Shown in pieces: positions 37,603-50,640 of a DNA stretch of 64,000 bases (within the stretch, counting starts at the first letter, position 1; the number at the start of each line of letters is the position of its first letter). Where the stretch lies: contig CM052817.1 in assembly GCA_028534125.1 (NCBI GenBank), forward strand, positions 72,852,001 through 72,916,000, in the 5' to 3' direction. The stretch is from Lama glama. Lineage: Eukaryota. The notes below the pieces were generated by a model. The model was given only the letters and a program-made list of their open reading frames with translations, was not told the DNA's origin and ran no database searches. The position numbers were made by a program, and so were the translations under genes.

Positions 37603-39064
37603 AAGTGTACAAACAAGACATTGATCAACGGCAGTTTCAACAGAAAGTAGAACCAATTTATGCAAAAGAATATTTTCAGTTTGAGAGTTCTAGGTTTCTA
37701 TTTTGTCAAGAGGAGCAAGATGAAAGCAGAAGGAAGCTGCTATAATTTTTCTCAGGCTCTAATTCTGAAAAGGGAAGTGGATGACTGATATTTGAGAGTC
37801 TACAGTTTTAAGAAGGGCCTACATAGTACAATAATAGCAACTTTAAATAGAATCCAAAATCCAAGAGTCAGAGACCTGGAGAGTAGGAGGGGCTGGTAAC
37901 AGAGATTCTTGGGGAAGCAAGGAGAGCCATTCTAGGACATCATTCTGAGAGACAATAAAGCAGAGTGAAGCAGTGTTGGGTGTATGGGAGTCAGGATCAA
38001 GGCTCCTCTCCTAGGGGAGTGATTCTTTTGAATGCTATCCTTGCTATTGGTAATTATTTTAACTGAAACTCTCTCTCATGATTTTTCGCTAGACTTTGGT
38101 ACAAGTATTTGATGAAGAATGTTTTAGTTTTAATTTGTCCTTATTATTTTACCTATTAAAATAATACTTCATCAAAAACTTTATGTATTGTCAAGTCAAA
38201 AAGCCCTTCATTCAAATTGGAATGACATGATTTGCTTTTTTTTTTTAACTCTAATTTTCTTTCAGTGTCCACACTATTTAGAGACTATGGGGGAAATACT
38301 CATTTATATAATTAAGTCTCACCATGATCACTTTCAAATATTTAGAGCTACCAAAAGAGAAAAGTCTAAAGTACGGAAATAGTGGATTTCTAGATTTCCT
38401 GCTGTAATAATAATAAATTAAGGTAAAGTTGGGATGTGTTCAAATTCCCAAATACTCAATTATTTATATTCAACTTAAAGACTGTTGGCACAGAAGTCCC
38501 AGTGTCGGCAAAGACTTCCCAGAACTTACTGCATTAATGATTCAGACAAAAAAATCTTAAAGAAGCATGCTCTTTCATTCTCAGGGAATTTGAGTTCAGT
38601 GCAAGGTCTTACAGAGATGGTGGTGAAAGAGTAGCCCACCGTATTCTCTTTTTTTCTCAGAGCATGTACCGACCCCCTCCACCCCGCAAGCTTTACCCCA
38701 TGAGAGGTGGAGAAGGAAGGAAATAACAGGCTGTCTACCAGCTCCTGCTCTTTCAGACACCTGATGAACAATGCCACATAATGACTTCAGCACAATCTTC
38801 CAATTCCAGTACACAAGTATGATATTCAGATTTGGGGAGGTTGGAGTGGTTGCAGGATTCTTAGGGAGTACTTTGCACATGGAGAGCAAGCAATACAGAT
38901 TATGTATGCACCTCCAAACATTCCTGACCTTTGGCAGCTCCACTTTCACTCACTTAAGTCTAACGTGGGTCATATAGCATTTAACCTTTATTTACCATTC
39001 TGTCCATTAAGCTTGCACTACATCCATTATGGAGAGTGAGTTCCCTGATGACCAGCCATTCAGT

Positions 39065-39320
39065 GAGGCAGTACAGGGTTTAGAATCAAATTGCCTGGAT
39101 TCAGACCTTGTCTCTGCTGCTCGGTAGTTGTACAACCTAGGCAGGGGGTTTAGCTGCCTTCAGCCTCTAGTTTTATTACCTCTGAAATAGAGATGATGAT
39201 AATACCTACATCAGAAATATCTAATGGGGTTAAATGAGATAATCCACATAACTGTTCTTAGCTCACAGCACCTGGTACGGAATGAGAGTTCAAAGTTGGG
39301 TACTAGCCATGTTATTTGTT
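39065..39320 (+). mobile_element. MIR SINE
   Basis: tagaatcaaattgcctggattca...ctgaaatagagatgatgataatacctac...gttaaatgagataat...cacagcacctggtac. Confidence 0.8.
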
Positions 39321-40339
39321 ATTCCAGGAAACGGCACTTCAAGACACGTCTGAGGCCCTGGATATTACACAGAAAGAGCTGGGGCAAAGGAGTGTCTCCC
39401 CATGCCTCTGCCAAAAGCAACCTGAAAGTCAAACTTTTGTTTTTGAATTGTAGATGTTCAGTGGCAGTAAACAAGAAATAAAGGTCAACAGCCGTTTCCT
39501 CTGGAACCTGGCTAGTAATGTGACATCTGGAATTGACTCAACTTGTGAGTAGAAATAAACAAATCTTCTTCCCTGCAACCTTACATACCTACCTTCATTC
39601 TAACTCTCTTTTCTACCTAATCCCCACTTTCCGAAAATGTATAAAATAATTGCCTTGCATAAGCCCATGTGGCACTTTTTAGGTGTGATCATACAGCAAG
39701 GATGTGTATCATTGTGTGAATGCTAAATACTTCTATTTCCATTATAGAATTTAGTAACAATGATAAAGAAATGCCCTATATTGAAAAAAATTAAACCCCT
39801 TGATTTCAAAATTTGGCCATTTTTTCCTTTCACAGACCACTTCTTATTCCATAGCATGTTACTATACTATTATTTATAAAGCACTCTTAGCCAATAGTTA
39901 TTTGATTCAAAATCATTATGAAGGCTAGAGTTGTCTCCCCTGATTTCAATTCTACATGTTTTCTACCAGACACAATTTGCTGCAAAAAAAAAAAACCAGA
40001 AAAGTCAAAGGTCTCTGTCCCCATAATCACTTTGTTCGTTCATCTCATACGTGTCCTATAAGGCCTCTCAGAGATGCAGAACTAAGGAGCGAAGAAATGA
40101 AGTCTGTTCCACAATTAGCATCCAGCTCCTGTTCACTGAGGCTACTTGGAGAATTTTTTTTTTAATCCCTTGCCTCAAGCCTGTGCCTCTATTCTTTAAT
40201 TTATGCTGTACACCACCTAAATTAACGTTGCCCAAATATCCATTTTCTAAATTATTCATTCTCTCTCTCACTATTAGTAGCCTGGTCACAGAAATATTGC
40301 GAAAATTTTAGCATAATCAAACACTTTGATTTATTCTTG

Positions 40340-40810
40340 ATTCAAATACATATATAATTTATTGAATATCCTCTGTTTCAAGCATTTTGCTAGGTGTTCC
40401 TTACATAGTGATGAATAAAACAATTAAGAGTCTCACCAATTATACACCCTCACGAGGCTTATCATTTAGCGGTGGAATCAGACATGAGACAAATAAACAC
40501 AAAAATAAATATATAATTACAAATTATAGTGAGCAGAAAAGACAGAAAGAAAAAAAAGAGAAAACATATGTGATCATAACAAGGGGGCACCCAATTACGC
40601 TGAGTGGATCAGTGGAGACCTCTCTAAAACTGAGTATGTTGTTTGAAACCTAAAGGATTCACAGAGGTTAGCTAGGCGAAGATTTGGGGGAGGTTCGAGA
40701 GGTTCTTCTAAGCAGAACACACACAAAGTCCCTGGGGCAACAAAGAACTGGCCACACTAAGAAACTGAGAAAGGCCAATATGTGGAGCTTAGTGAGCAAT
40801 AGGGAGAATT
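40340..40810 (-). mobile_element. L2 3' portion
   Basis: atttattgaatatcctctgtttcaagcattttgctaggtg...gtgatgaataaaaca...aactgagaaaggccaatatgtggagc. Confidence 0.75.
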
Positions 40811-41364
40811 CTATCATATGGACTTCACCTCATATAACTGTTCTGAATTCAATTTTTTTAAAAAAAATCTGGAATGTCTACTCAAAAAGCCATATTGCTA
40901 GATAATCGTGTGATTTCAAATTCCCAGAAAAATTGTACAAATAAGCCTGTACTCCAGTCTGTCGCCCTCCACACTCCCACACACCACTCCCCTTAGGCCT
41001 GTCCCTGCTAAACGATGCCTACATTTTAAAAATTACTTATCAAATGATGTAAAATTAATGGAGTACAAACACAAAACAATTTTTGTTTTTCTCCTTTTAA
41101 CCATGCTCTATAAAATCCCTCTCCTATATTTTAACACCGTAAGCAGATTTCATAGGTTGGTGGTCACATCCAGTTATTAGTGTCTAGCCTTGCCTAAACC
41201 AAAATCTAAAACTTCAGTATCAGTCCAATTCTGTGTTGGTTCCTTTCCCTCCTGGCACCTGCCAAATTTGGCCTGAGTGATTTGGGAAGGAGAAGGGCAA
41301 GTTCTGACCATTTACTCATCCTGCCCCACACCCAGGGTTCCTTTTCCTCCAGTGTGCTGGTGAG

Positions 41365-41550
41365 AGATAGGGCTTCCAAGATTGGCAAGGGCTAGATCCT
41401 AAAGAATCTCCTATGTCAAACTAAAGATCTTGGCCTTTATCTTTTAAAGGAGATACGGGAAACATTAAAGGGAAATTACACAAATGGGTTTTCATTTTAG
41501 AATTATCCTTTCACCACACTATAAAGAGTAGATTAGAGGAGACAGGCAAG
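41365..41550 (-). mobile_element. L2 fragment (probable continuation of 40340-40810)
   Basis: ggcaagggctagatcctaaagaatctcctatgtcaaactaaagatcttggcctttatc...ttttagaattatc. Confidence 0.6.
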
Positions 41551-41719
41551 GCTTTGGATTACAAAGAACATTGGTCTCACGAAACCTCTCCCACTGCTCC
41601 TCTCACAAGTTTCTTCTCACAGACTTCTCTCACAATGCCATGTAACCTTCACTGGCTTTGAAATACTCCTGAAAATCCTTCTTCTAAACTTGGGCAAGTT
41701 TGACCAATCATTTTCAGGA

Positions 41720-43030
41720 TTTATTAAACACCACAATGGGAAAAAATGGCATTTCTGCTCTATCAATCTTGGCTAAAGGGTAGCAAGATAATAAAATAGG
41801 ACTCTTTGTCTTGGAGTTTCACCAGTGGCCCTGAAGTCCAAGGGCAATGTCTAAATTGAGGAGCTAGACCACCAAAGCAATACATCCAAAGGGCTGTGAA
41901 ACTGATTCTCCCAACATTGCTCAATCTCCCACCTGCATTTCAGTAAATACAGAAGCTGAGAAAGCCTATAGAGGAGAATGCCTTTAGAAATTGTTCTGGG
42001 TACTATCAAGGGGATGAGATGGGGGAGAGAAGGAGAAAGTACTTTCCTTCACCTTAATCCAGGTGAGAGGAGCTTCTGTGAACCTCTCAAAAAACTTGGC
42101 CTACAGCCTCTGAAGCTTGGGAGACCTGAAACTGGACTCTGCCTCTGCTGCAGGAAGTCTAAAGAGGCTGTGACTATTATTAGTCTGACTGTAAACAACA
42201 GGGAGAGCTGCATTAGTCAATACCTACAGTTGCAATGACAGTGGACAAAGGGTTTGTCTCCTAGGACCCAGATGTGTCTCCTTGGTCAGAAAGGCAGCCT
42301 AGGGTGTGAGAGGTCAGCGTGGAGAAGCCAAAGGCCCACAGCGGAGACACGTATTGCTGGAAGCTTAGGCTAAAGGGGGACTCAGAGGCAGCCACATATG
42401 GGAATATTACTTGTTAAAGAGAACTGCAGTCATAGGTTCTCTAGCAGGAGGCTCTGCCAGGAAAAAAATCATCCCAAGAAATAAGAGCCAACAATTGTCT
42501 GTAATCTTTGATATAATCCTTATCTCTCTCCCCTGCCCTTAATTCTGGGTGTCCTTGTGACTCTTTTTTAACCAACAGCACATGGCAGAAATATCATTGC
42601 AGGACTTTGGGAGCCCGGTCAGAAAAGGCAATGCAGCCCCGCTTTGCTGCCAGATACAACTATATCACTCAAATAAAACTCTTCTTACCTCTTATCATTC
42701 TTCTCCAGAGGAGTGGGAGATCATACCTGGGAGTAGAAGAGGAAGTAGAATTACAAAATCATGAAGAGGCAGAGCACGCTTCCCCCATTCCTGGTCAGGC
42801 CTAAGACGGGAGACAGGAGAACCCTAAAGTAGATAAGAATCCTAAGTTTTGACGCTATACTTGACAGGAATTTTCATTTGCTAAAATGAGACTTTCTTGT
42901 GATTGAAGGAACCAGAAAGATATTAGGCCTGCCAAGTATTTCATCCAGGATAGGAAAGAGTAAATCTCAAGGCAAGTTTGAAAGGAGAGAAAAGAAAATA
43001 ATTTACACACTACAAACTTTGTTCTATAAA
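41720..43030 (+). mobile_element. Ancient LTR-like element (MamGypLTR-like) with an MLT1-type fragment at ~42500-42640
   Basis: 3' part (gaccagaaagatattaggcctgccaag..., aaaataatttacacac) resembles mammalian Gypsy LTRs; the insert (tttaaccaacagcacatggcagaa...ggtcagaaaaggcaatgcagc) parallels the MLT1 at 43.6 kb. Confidence 0.35.
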
Positions 43031-43594
43031 ATGCCTACACAATCTATAATATGTTTTGAAGCAGATGTGAAACAAGAGTTATGGAGTCAGCAGAGAGCTG
43101 GAATTACACAGAAAGCAAAGGCCATCTGGTGGCTACATCAAGGCCATCTAAAACCTCTGGCCTGCTTAGGGTTAGCATTTTTTATGAAATAAATAAATTT
43201 GCTCATGTAATTGTTTGGACAAGTCATAAACACAGAAGAAAGCAAAACTGGGTTATACTTGCTGCTCTTTATTTTATACTTTTCTGTTAAAACTTATTGG
43301 GTTTTTTTGGGGGGGTGTGGGTAATTCCTGGAAGCCCAGTGGATGTTGAGTAATATGGGATTAATTTTAAAAGCACAAAATATTCTATGTTGTGCAAAGG
43401 CACACATGACCACTAGATGAAGTGGCGTTAATAAGTCAGAGTAAGCCTCATACAGGCCCCTTTTTTCTTGAATGCAGTCTGTTTTCTGTTTCTTTCCAAA
43501 AGCAAGACAAGAAGCTTGTTTTTCTCTTGGGAAGTCTTCCACAATATGTCCTATAATTTAAATTTCCTTTAAATAGATATATGCTCTTTTTTTT

Positions 43595-44124
43595 AAGTAT
43601 TAGAAATTCTCATGTCAAGAAATATATAGTGCCCTTATCCCCTCCTCAGAATCTGGGTGAGCATGTGACCCATTTTTAACCAACAGAGTATGGCCGAAGC
43701 AACACTGCATGACTCCCAAGGCTAGGTCAGAAAAAGCGATACAGCTCCCACTTCATTTGCTGGGATACTGATTTGGGGACCCCTGATGCCACACAAAAGG
43801 GATTACACTGAGGTTGCCATACTTTGAGGAAGTCCAGGCAACAAAGAGAGGCCATGTGGAAGTGTTGACATCACAACTGACAAATAACATCAACCACCAG
43901 GCAAATGAGAGAAGACACCTCCAAATGACTTCAGCCCCCAGCCCTTGAGCCACCTATAGCCACCAACTCTTCTCAACCCAGGCCCCAGAGTATGAGCAAA
44001 GATAAGCAATTGAACTATGCCTCGTCCAAATTCCTGACCCACAGGATCTGTGAGCATAATTAAATGTCTATTTAAAGCTACTAATTTGGGGGTAACATGT
44101 TACACAGCAATAGTAAGTACAACA
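43595..44124 (+). mobile_element. MaLR LTR (MLT1G/H-like)
   Basis: gactcccaaggctaggtcagaaaaag...ccaaattcctgacccacaggatctgtgagcataat...tgttacacagcaatag...aaca. Confidence 0.85.
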
Positions 44125-44224
44125 GTAGAAATTTTGCAAAATATTGACTAACCTGGCCAATTTCTAGAATTCACAAGCTCCACCAGACTGTTTATCCCCT
44201 AGGTCCAGCTTTCCTTTATGCAAC

Positions 44225-44622
44225 TGTTACTGGTTAAGTTTTGTCTCCCAAAATTTCATATGAAGTCTCAGCCCCAGTACATCAGAATGTGGCCTTATTT
44301 GGAGAAAAGGTCTATACAGAGGTAATAAAGTTAAAATGAGGTTATTAGAGTGGCCCTAAACCAGTATGACTGATTATTTTTTTTTAATTGGAGACCGACA
44401 CACATATAGGAAGACACCCATGTGAACATAAAGATAGCCATCTACAAGCCAAGGAGAGAATCCTAGAGTAAATCCTTCCCTTACAGCCCTCAGAGGGAAC
44501 CAACTCTGCCAACACCTCGATTTCTGGCTTCTAGCCTCCAGAACTGTGAGACAGTAAATTTCTGTTGCTTAAGCCAACAAGTTTGTGGTATTTTGTTATG
44601 ACATCCCTAGAAAACAATTACA
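44225..44622 (+). mobile_element. MaLR solo LTR (MLT1B-like), complete
   Basis: TG...CA ends; cagaatgtggccttatttggag, tctacaagccaaggagaga, ctagcctccagaactgtgaga; 5-bp TSD-like gcaac/gcatc. Confidence 0.9.
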
Positions 44623-44889
44623 GCATCCAAGCTAGGACCAGTAGTCAGAAAGAATTCCCTATGGCCAGAGACAGATATAAGATTTCATTGATTCACATAA
44701 TCTGTTGTTGGAACTGTCCCGATGTGTGGGTGTCATCTCCAATAATCCCATCAAGTGGTCTGCTAACCTATTTATCCCTGTCATGCTAAAGATCTTACTA
44801 CCTCCCAAAGCAGCCATTCCAGCCTTACCCAACTCTGTTTATTTAGTAGGCCAAAATCATCATTAGGATCATACAGATTGAATTTAATC

Positions 44890-45060
44890 CACCTTACATA
44901 GGATGGTTCTTTACATATTTTCAGACAGCTGTCTGTGTCCCCTGAGTATACTCTTCAACAAAAGGAACTTCCCCAGGCTCATGTAGACATTCCTTATATG
45001 ATATGATTCCATGTCCCTTCACGGCCATAATTATTCTCCTCTGAATTTACGTCCATTTAT
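44890..45060 (-). mobile_element. L3/CR1 fragment
   Basis: atattttcagacagctgtctgtgtcccctgagtatactcttc...cattccttatatgatatgattcc...ctcctctga resembles antisense CR1 RT 3' region. Confidence 0.6.
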
Positions 45061-46434
45061 ACCAAAATAAGAAATAAAATTTTTATAATGAAAACTACCC
45101 AGATATACTGCAGACTGCCTTACAAGGCAGTGAGTTTACTGTTACTGAGAGAAGAGCTTTGAAGACACTCAGTGATGTTGTAGAGAGATTACTAAATCAG
45201 AGAAGATATTGGACTGGCTGTCCTTAAGGATACCTTTTGATTTTATGATTTTATAACACCCTAGACACCTGAGATTCTGTTTATACTCTCTCATGCCCTG
45301 AGTAATAAATGAAGTACAGAAGGGTCACACAATAAAAACTTTGATGATAGTATACTACAGTAAGGCCTCACAAAAGAAGAAAACTGCAGAAAAAGAAATG
45401 AGGACATTCTGAACAATAAGCAACAAGCTAGTTATTTATCATAGCATCTCACTTACCTTCCCTTTGGATAAGCTAGGTCTGTGTTTAATCCTTCTACCAC
45501 GGATGCTTATGAGAACATTTTTAAGAAAGCAAGTTTATGGAATTAGATGTAATTGATTCTGTAGTGATATTGAACTCAGAAAGCTCAGAGGAAGATTTCT
45601 TTCACATGGTTAGCCCTGTGGCATTTTCATACAAACCTGTCTACAGATCAATCTCTAAAATATGGTTCCTTTTCAGTAAAACATATTTGAATAAAGCTTT
45701 TATCTTTGAACAAAAAATGAAAAGGCTAAGAGGAAAAAAATTTGTGCCTGACCCAATGCGTAACTAGGTTGCAAATGTTTCTTCTAAGCTGTCCAGCTTC
45801 CTGTGTTCCTTAATGATGCTGCCCAGCAAGGGGGTTTGTCTACAGATGGAGAATTCCTAAGATTTGTGTGCCTGTACTAATAGAGGTAAATGAGCTTCAA
45901 CTATCACACTTGCTTATACAAAAATAGCAAATACAGAATATCATACCCTCAGGAGACCAACACTTCTGTCATGGTCCCATCTTTGCTATGGCTTCTCCAA
46001 TTTACAAGCTCTTCACTCTTTGAAAATACTCCAGAAGAGACCAGGGTGGGAGTCAGGGTACAGGAGACTTTAATACCTTTGTATGACTCCTCAAAAAGTG
46101 ACTTCACTCTTTAGCCCAAAATAAATTTAGGTTTAAGATCAAAGATATAAACAAAACAAAACAACACAGAACATAAATCATACAATATCAGGGAAAAATG
46201 AGGAATTATGTTTTAACCTTGAAAATGGAATGGCCTTTACAAACATGACCCCAAACACAAAATCCATAAAGTAGACTAAATTTAACATCATAAAGTTTTA
46301 AACACTGTGAATGGCAATAAAAAGACAAAACCAAACCACTGGCAACAGGATATGAATAGACCATTCACAGAAACTAATATTAACATCAAACAAAAATTGC
46401 TTAATCTGGATTATAATTTTTAAAATGGAACTCA

Positions 46435-46531
46435 GGAGGGTGGGTAGAGTTCAATGTAGAGCCCATGCTTAGCATGCACGAGGTCCTAGGCTCAATCCCC
46501 TGTATCTCCATTTTAAAAATAAATAAGCAAA
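46435..46531 (+). mobile_element. tRNA-Ala-derived camelid SINE (vic-1 type), short form
   Basis: gcttagcatgcacgaggtcctaggctcaatcccc retains the tRNA-Ala AGC arm; 14-bp TSD taaaatggaactca (46421-46434) / taaaatagaactca (46532-46545). Confidence 0.85.
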
Positions 46532-46928
46532 TAAAATAGAACTCAAAGTGAGGAAACTGCATGTTTTACCTATCAGATTAGCATTTATTTTTTAAGTAAC
46601 ACCCAGTCTTGTCATAATGGAAGGAAATAGGCCTTTTCATACACTGTTAATGAAACAGTAAATTGTGGCAAATATTTTTGTGGGCAATTTGGCAATATCT
46701 ATTTCTGATGCTTTTCATTAGTTTTGGAAAATACTGGCTATCATCTATTTGAATATTGCTTCTGTCCCATTATCAATTTTCTCTTGTTCTCATACTCCCA
46801 TTATGTATATATTAGCCAAGATAATTTTGAAGAACAGAGCTGAACAACTTACACTGCCATAGATCCAAAACTATATAAAATTATGGTAATTAAGACTGTG
46901 GTAATGATGCAAATGTAGACAAACCCAC

Positions 46929-47573
46929 TATGGTAGGCAGAATTCTGAAGATGCCAAGCCCCAATTCAAAATCACTACTCACCATTATTTAGTCAAACCT
47001 AATCAAGATATTGCTGTGAAGAAACTTTGTGATATAATTATGGTTACTAATCACCTGACTTTAAAATAGAGATATTATCCTGGATTATCCAGGTGGGCCA
47101 AATGTAATCACATGAGCCCTCAAAAGCAAAAGAGGAAGGCAGACAATCCAGTCAGAGATGCAGCAGAAGGGCAAGTAGGAGAAATTCAAATATGAGAGGA
47201 ATTGACTTGCTGTTGCTGGAGGAGAGCCATTTGGAAAGCATGAGAAGGAATGCATAGCCTTGAGAAGCAAAAACTGAACACCCAGCCAACAGCCAACAAG
47301 GATTGAGGAACTCAGTCCTAAAACCACAAGGAACTGAATTCCACTAAAAACTTGAACGACCTCAGAAGCAAGTTCATCTCCAGAGCTTCCAGAGAAGAGC
47401 TCAGCCTTGCCAACACTTTGATTTCAGCCTTGTTAGATTGTAAGCAGAGGACCCAGAAGAGCCACACTGTATCCAGTCTCCTGACTCACAGGGCTGTGAA
47501 ATTAAAAACAGGTGTTGTATTGAGCCACTAAATTTATGATAGTTTTCAATGACAGCACTAGAAAATTAATACA
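46929..47573 (+). mobile_element. MaLR solo LTR (MLT1E-like)
   Basis: tatggtaggcagaattctgaagatg...attatcctggattatccaggtgggcc...cacaaggaactgaattcc...gaaaattaataca. Confidence 0.88.
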
Positions 47574-47599
47574 GTGACCAAGGATAAAGAGTCCATGAA

Positions 47600-47732
47600 C
47601 AAAAAGAATATGAAAATGAATATATGTATGTTCCTGTATGACTGAAGTATTGGGCTGTACACCAGAAATTGACATAACATTGTAAACTGATTATACTTCA
47701 ATAAATATGTGTGTGTGTGTGTGTGTGTGTGT
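47600..47732 (+). mobile_element. Very short young L1 3' tail followed by (TG)n
   Basis: gaatatatgtatgttcctgtatgactgaag...gctgtacaccagaaattgacataacattgtaaactgattatacttcaataaa; TSD-like ccatgaacaa/ccataaacaa. Confidence 0.75.
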
Positions 47733-48530
47733 ATCTCCCATAAACAAGCCTATACACATGGCAAAAGTGACCCTGAAGTGCAGTGGGGAAAAGGATATTC
47801 CTTTCAACAAATAGTGCTGGGTCCATTTAATTTTCCATATTAAAAAAAAAGTGTCTATACACAATACACAAAATAAATTTTTTTACACTATACACAAAAT
47901 AAATTCCAGATGGATGGCAGATTTGGATGTGAAGTGGTGGGAGACAGGGGGAGTAAGTTCTTAGAGAAAAACATGAAGGAATATCTTTGTAAGCTTTTTT
48001 CCCCCACAGCTTTTTGTGGTATGATTGACAAATAAAAATTGTATATATTTAGGTTATACAACATGATTTTGTGAAAGGTGTACAATGTGAGGATTTAATA
48101 TACATATACATTGTGAACTGATTGCCACATCAAGCTAATTAACACATCCATTAACTCATACAGGTGCCGTTGTTTATGTGTGTGTGTCTGTGGTGAGACA
48201 CAAGATCTACTCTCTTAGCAAATTTCAAGTATACAGTGTTATTAACTATAGCCACCATGCTGTACATTTGATCTCCAGAAACTATTCATCATATAATTGA
48301 AAATCTGACCAACATCTCCCCATTTCTCCCACCCCCTAATCCCTAGCAACAACTATTCTACTCTCCGGTTCTATGAGTTCAACTTTTTTAGGTTCTACAT
48401 GTTAAGTAAGATAATACAGTATTTGTCTTTCTCTGTCTGATTTATTTCATTTAGCATAATGCTCTCAAGGTCCATCCACATTGCTGCAAATGGCAGGATT
48501 TCCTTCCTTTGTGGCTGAATAATATTCTAC

Positions 48531-48533
48531 TGT

Positions 48534-48575
<42 letters not shown>
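48531..48575. repeat. (TG)n microsatellite
   Basis: Direct reading. Confidence 0.95.
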
Positions 48576-48577
<2 letters not shown>

Positions 48578-48678
48578 CACATCTTCTTTATCCATTCATC
48601 CAAAGATGGACATAAGTGTCTTGGCTATTGTGAATAACTCTGCAATGAATATAGGAATACCGATATCTCTTCAAGATA

Positions 48679-49021
48679 CAGTCATCCCTCGGTATCCATG
48701 GGGGATTGGTTCCAGGACCCCCTGTGGATACCAAAATCCTCAGATGCTCAAGTCCCATATATAAAATGGTATAGTATTTGTATATAACCTATGCACATTC
48801 TCCTGTAAACTTTAAATCATCTCTAGATTATTTATAATACCGAATACAATGTAAATGCTATGTAAATAATTGTAAATACTATGTAAACATAGTATTGGCA
48901 GCACGCAGTAAACTCAAGTTTTCCTTTTTTGAAACTTTCTGGAATTTTTTACCGAAATATTCTCTACACACAGTTGGTTGAATCCACAGATGTGGAACCT
49001 GAGAATATGGAGGGCCAACTG
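48679..49021 (+). mobile_element. MER2-like Tigger MITE, complete
   Basis: TIRs cagtcatccctcggtatc / atatggagggccaactg, with TA on both flanks. Confidence 0.9.
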
Positions 49022-50044
49022 TACTAATTTCAATTTCTTTGGGTATATACTCAGAAGTTGGGGTGCTGAATCACACAGAAGTTCTATTTGTAATATTTTG
49101 AGGAACGTCCATACTATTTTTGATAACAGCTGTACCAATTTACATTCCTACCAACAGTGTACAAGTTCCCTTTTCTCCACACCCTTGCTAACATTTTTCT
49201 CTTGTCCTTTTGATAATAAACATCCTAACAGAAATGAGATGATAGCTCACTGTGGTTTTAATTTGCATTTCCTCATGATTAATGATATTGAGCACATTTT
49301 CATGTACCTGTTCAACCTTTCTGTGTCTTCTTCTGGAAAATATCTATTCAGGTTCTTTGTCCATTTTTAAGTCAAGTTATTTGTACTTTTGACTTTTGTA
49401 ACCTTGAAGTAGCAAAAGATTCCTTAAACACAACTCAAAATATGTACATTATAAAGAAAGTTTTTGAAAACCTGGACTACCATAAAATTAATAACTTTTT
49501 TCAATCAGCAGGCATTAGTAAGAGAGTGAAAAGACAGTCTATGGATTAGGCGAAAATATCCACAATGTATGTATCTAATAAAGGGCTAAAATCTAGCATA
49601 TAAAGAACTCTAGCATATCAATAAAAAAAATCAGAAAACCCAATGGAAAAATGAATAAAAGATCTGAATAGACATTTTACAAAAGAGAATATCAAAGTGG
49701 CCAATAAATTTATAAAAATGTGCTGAACTTCACTGGTTGTCAGGGAAATGCAAATAAAGTCACAATGAGATGCCACTACATATCCTCCAGAACAGCTAAA
49801 ATGATAGCATAGATGTGAAGGAGCTGTATATTGCCGGTGAAAGTATGAGTTTGTATAGCTTTGGACATCATTTAGCAGTATCTACTAAAACTGAATAGAG
49901 GCATAGTCTGTGGCTCAGCAGCCCACTCTCAGGTATAAACCCAACTGAAATGTAAATACATGTTTCCTAAAACACAAGAACTAGAATGTTCACAGCATCA
50001 TGACTGGTAACAAGCCAGATTTACAAAACCTGGAAATTACAGGT

Positions 50045-50640
50045 TTCCAGTTATTGTTTCTCAGCTATGAAACCACCAGTCTGTACTCTGTTTTGTTATG
50101 ATGAAACGTGAATTCTGCGAACCACATTTCCACTTTGTCAGATAACTACATTAGGTTCTGCCAAAAGGGGCTGCTAAAGAGATCCTGGGGAGCTGGAAGA
50201 GGGGAAAGGAACTGGATTCCTTCCTGTTTTGCTCCTTGTTTCTGTCAGCTTCACCCCAGTAATGATTCTTCACTCTGGGGTTAGCAACTGGTTGCAGGTT
50301 CCAGTTTTTCCCACACTCCCAGAACCAGCCTCCTCATCTCACTCGGAGACATCAGCATCAACAACAGCCCTCAGAGAACTCGTCTTCCAAGGTCCCGAGG
50401 TACCAGCACCAACTGAGCAGCAACCTCTCTTCAAGTGTCTAGCTGTCTGCTCTGCAGAATTACTCCTTCAGACACCCAGGCTCTAATAGTCTCAGCCTCT
50501 TCCCTTTGTCCATGAACCCTACAGGTGCTTCCTGCAATTAATATCTTTGTATTACCTTAATGTTCCCTTCTGTCTTTTCAGCTCTTCTATACTTACTCAG
50601 CCAATTCTTTATTAAATTCTCTCTTTTAAATAATTGATAT
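50045..50640 (+). mobile_element. ERVL solo LTR (LTR41-like)
   Basis: ctgcgaaccacatttccactttgtcag...ttaggttctgccaaaaggggctgctaaagag...cacactcccagaaccagcctc...ttctttattaaattctctct. Confidence 0.7.

Larger units (their letters stand above)
47995..49390 (-). mobile_element. L1MA9-like 3' end interrupted by (TG)n and MER2
   Basis: gattgacaaataaaaattgtatatattt...aagatctactctcttagcaaatttcaagtataca...tttacattcctaccaacagtgtacaag. Confidence 0.88.

Noticed and set aside
38596..38949. 117-aa minus-strand ORF in unique DNA
   Set aside because: Non-ATG start, no recognisable domain, and overlapping ORFs of similar length on both strands suggest chance.
48978..49370. 130-aa plus-strand ORF
   Set aside because: Antisense reading of L1 ORF2 fused to the MER2 end; a typical spurious ORF.
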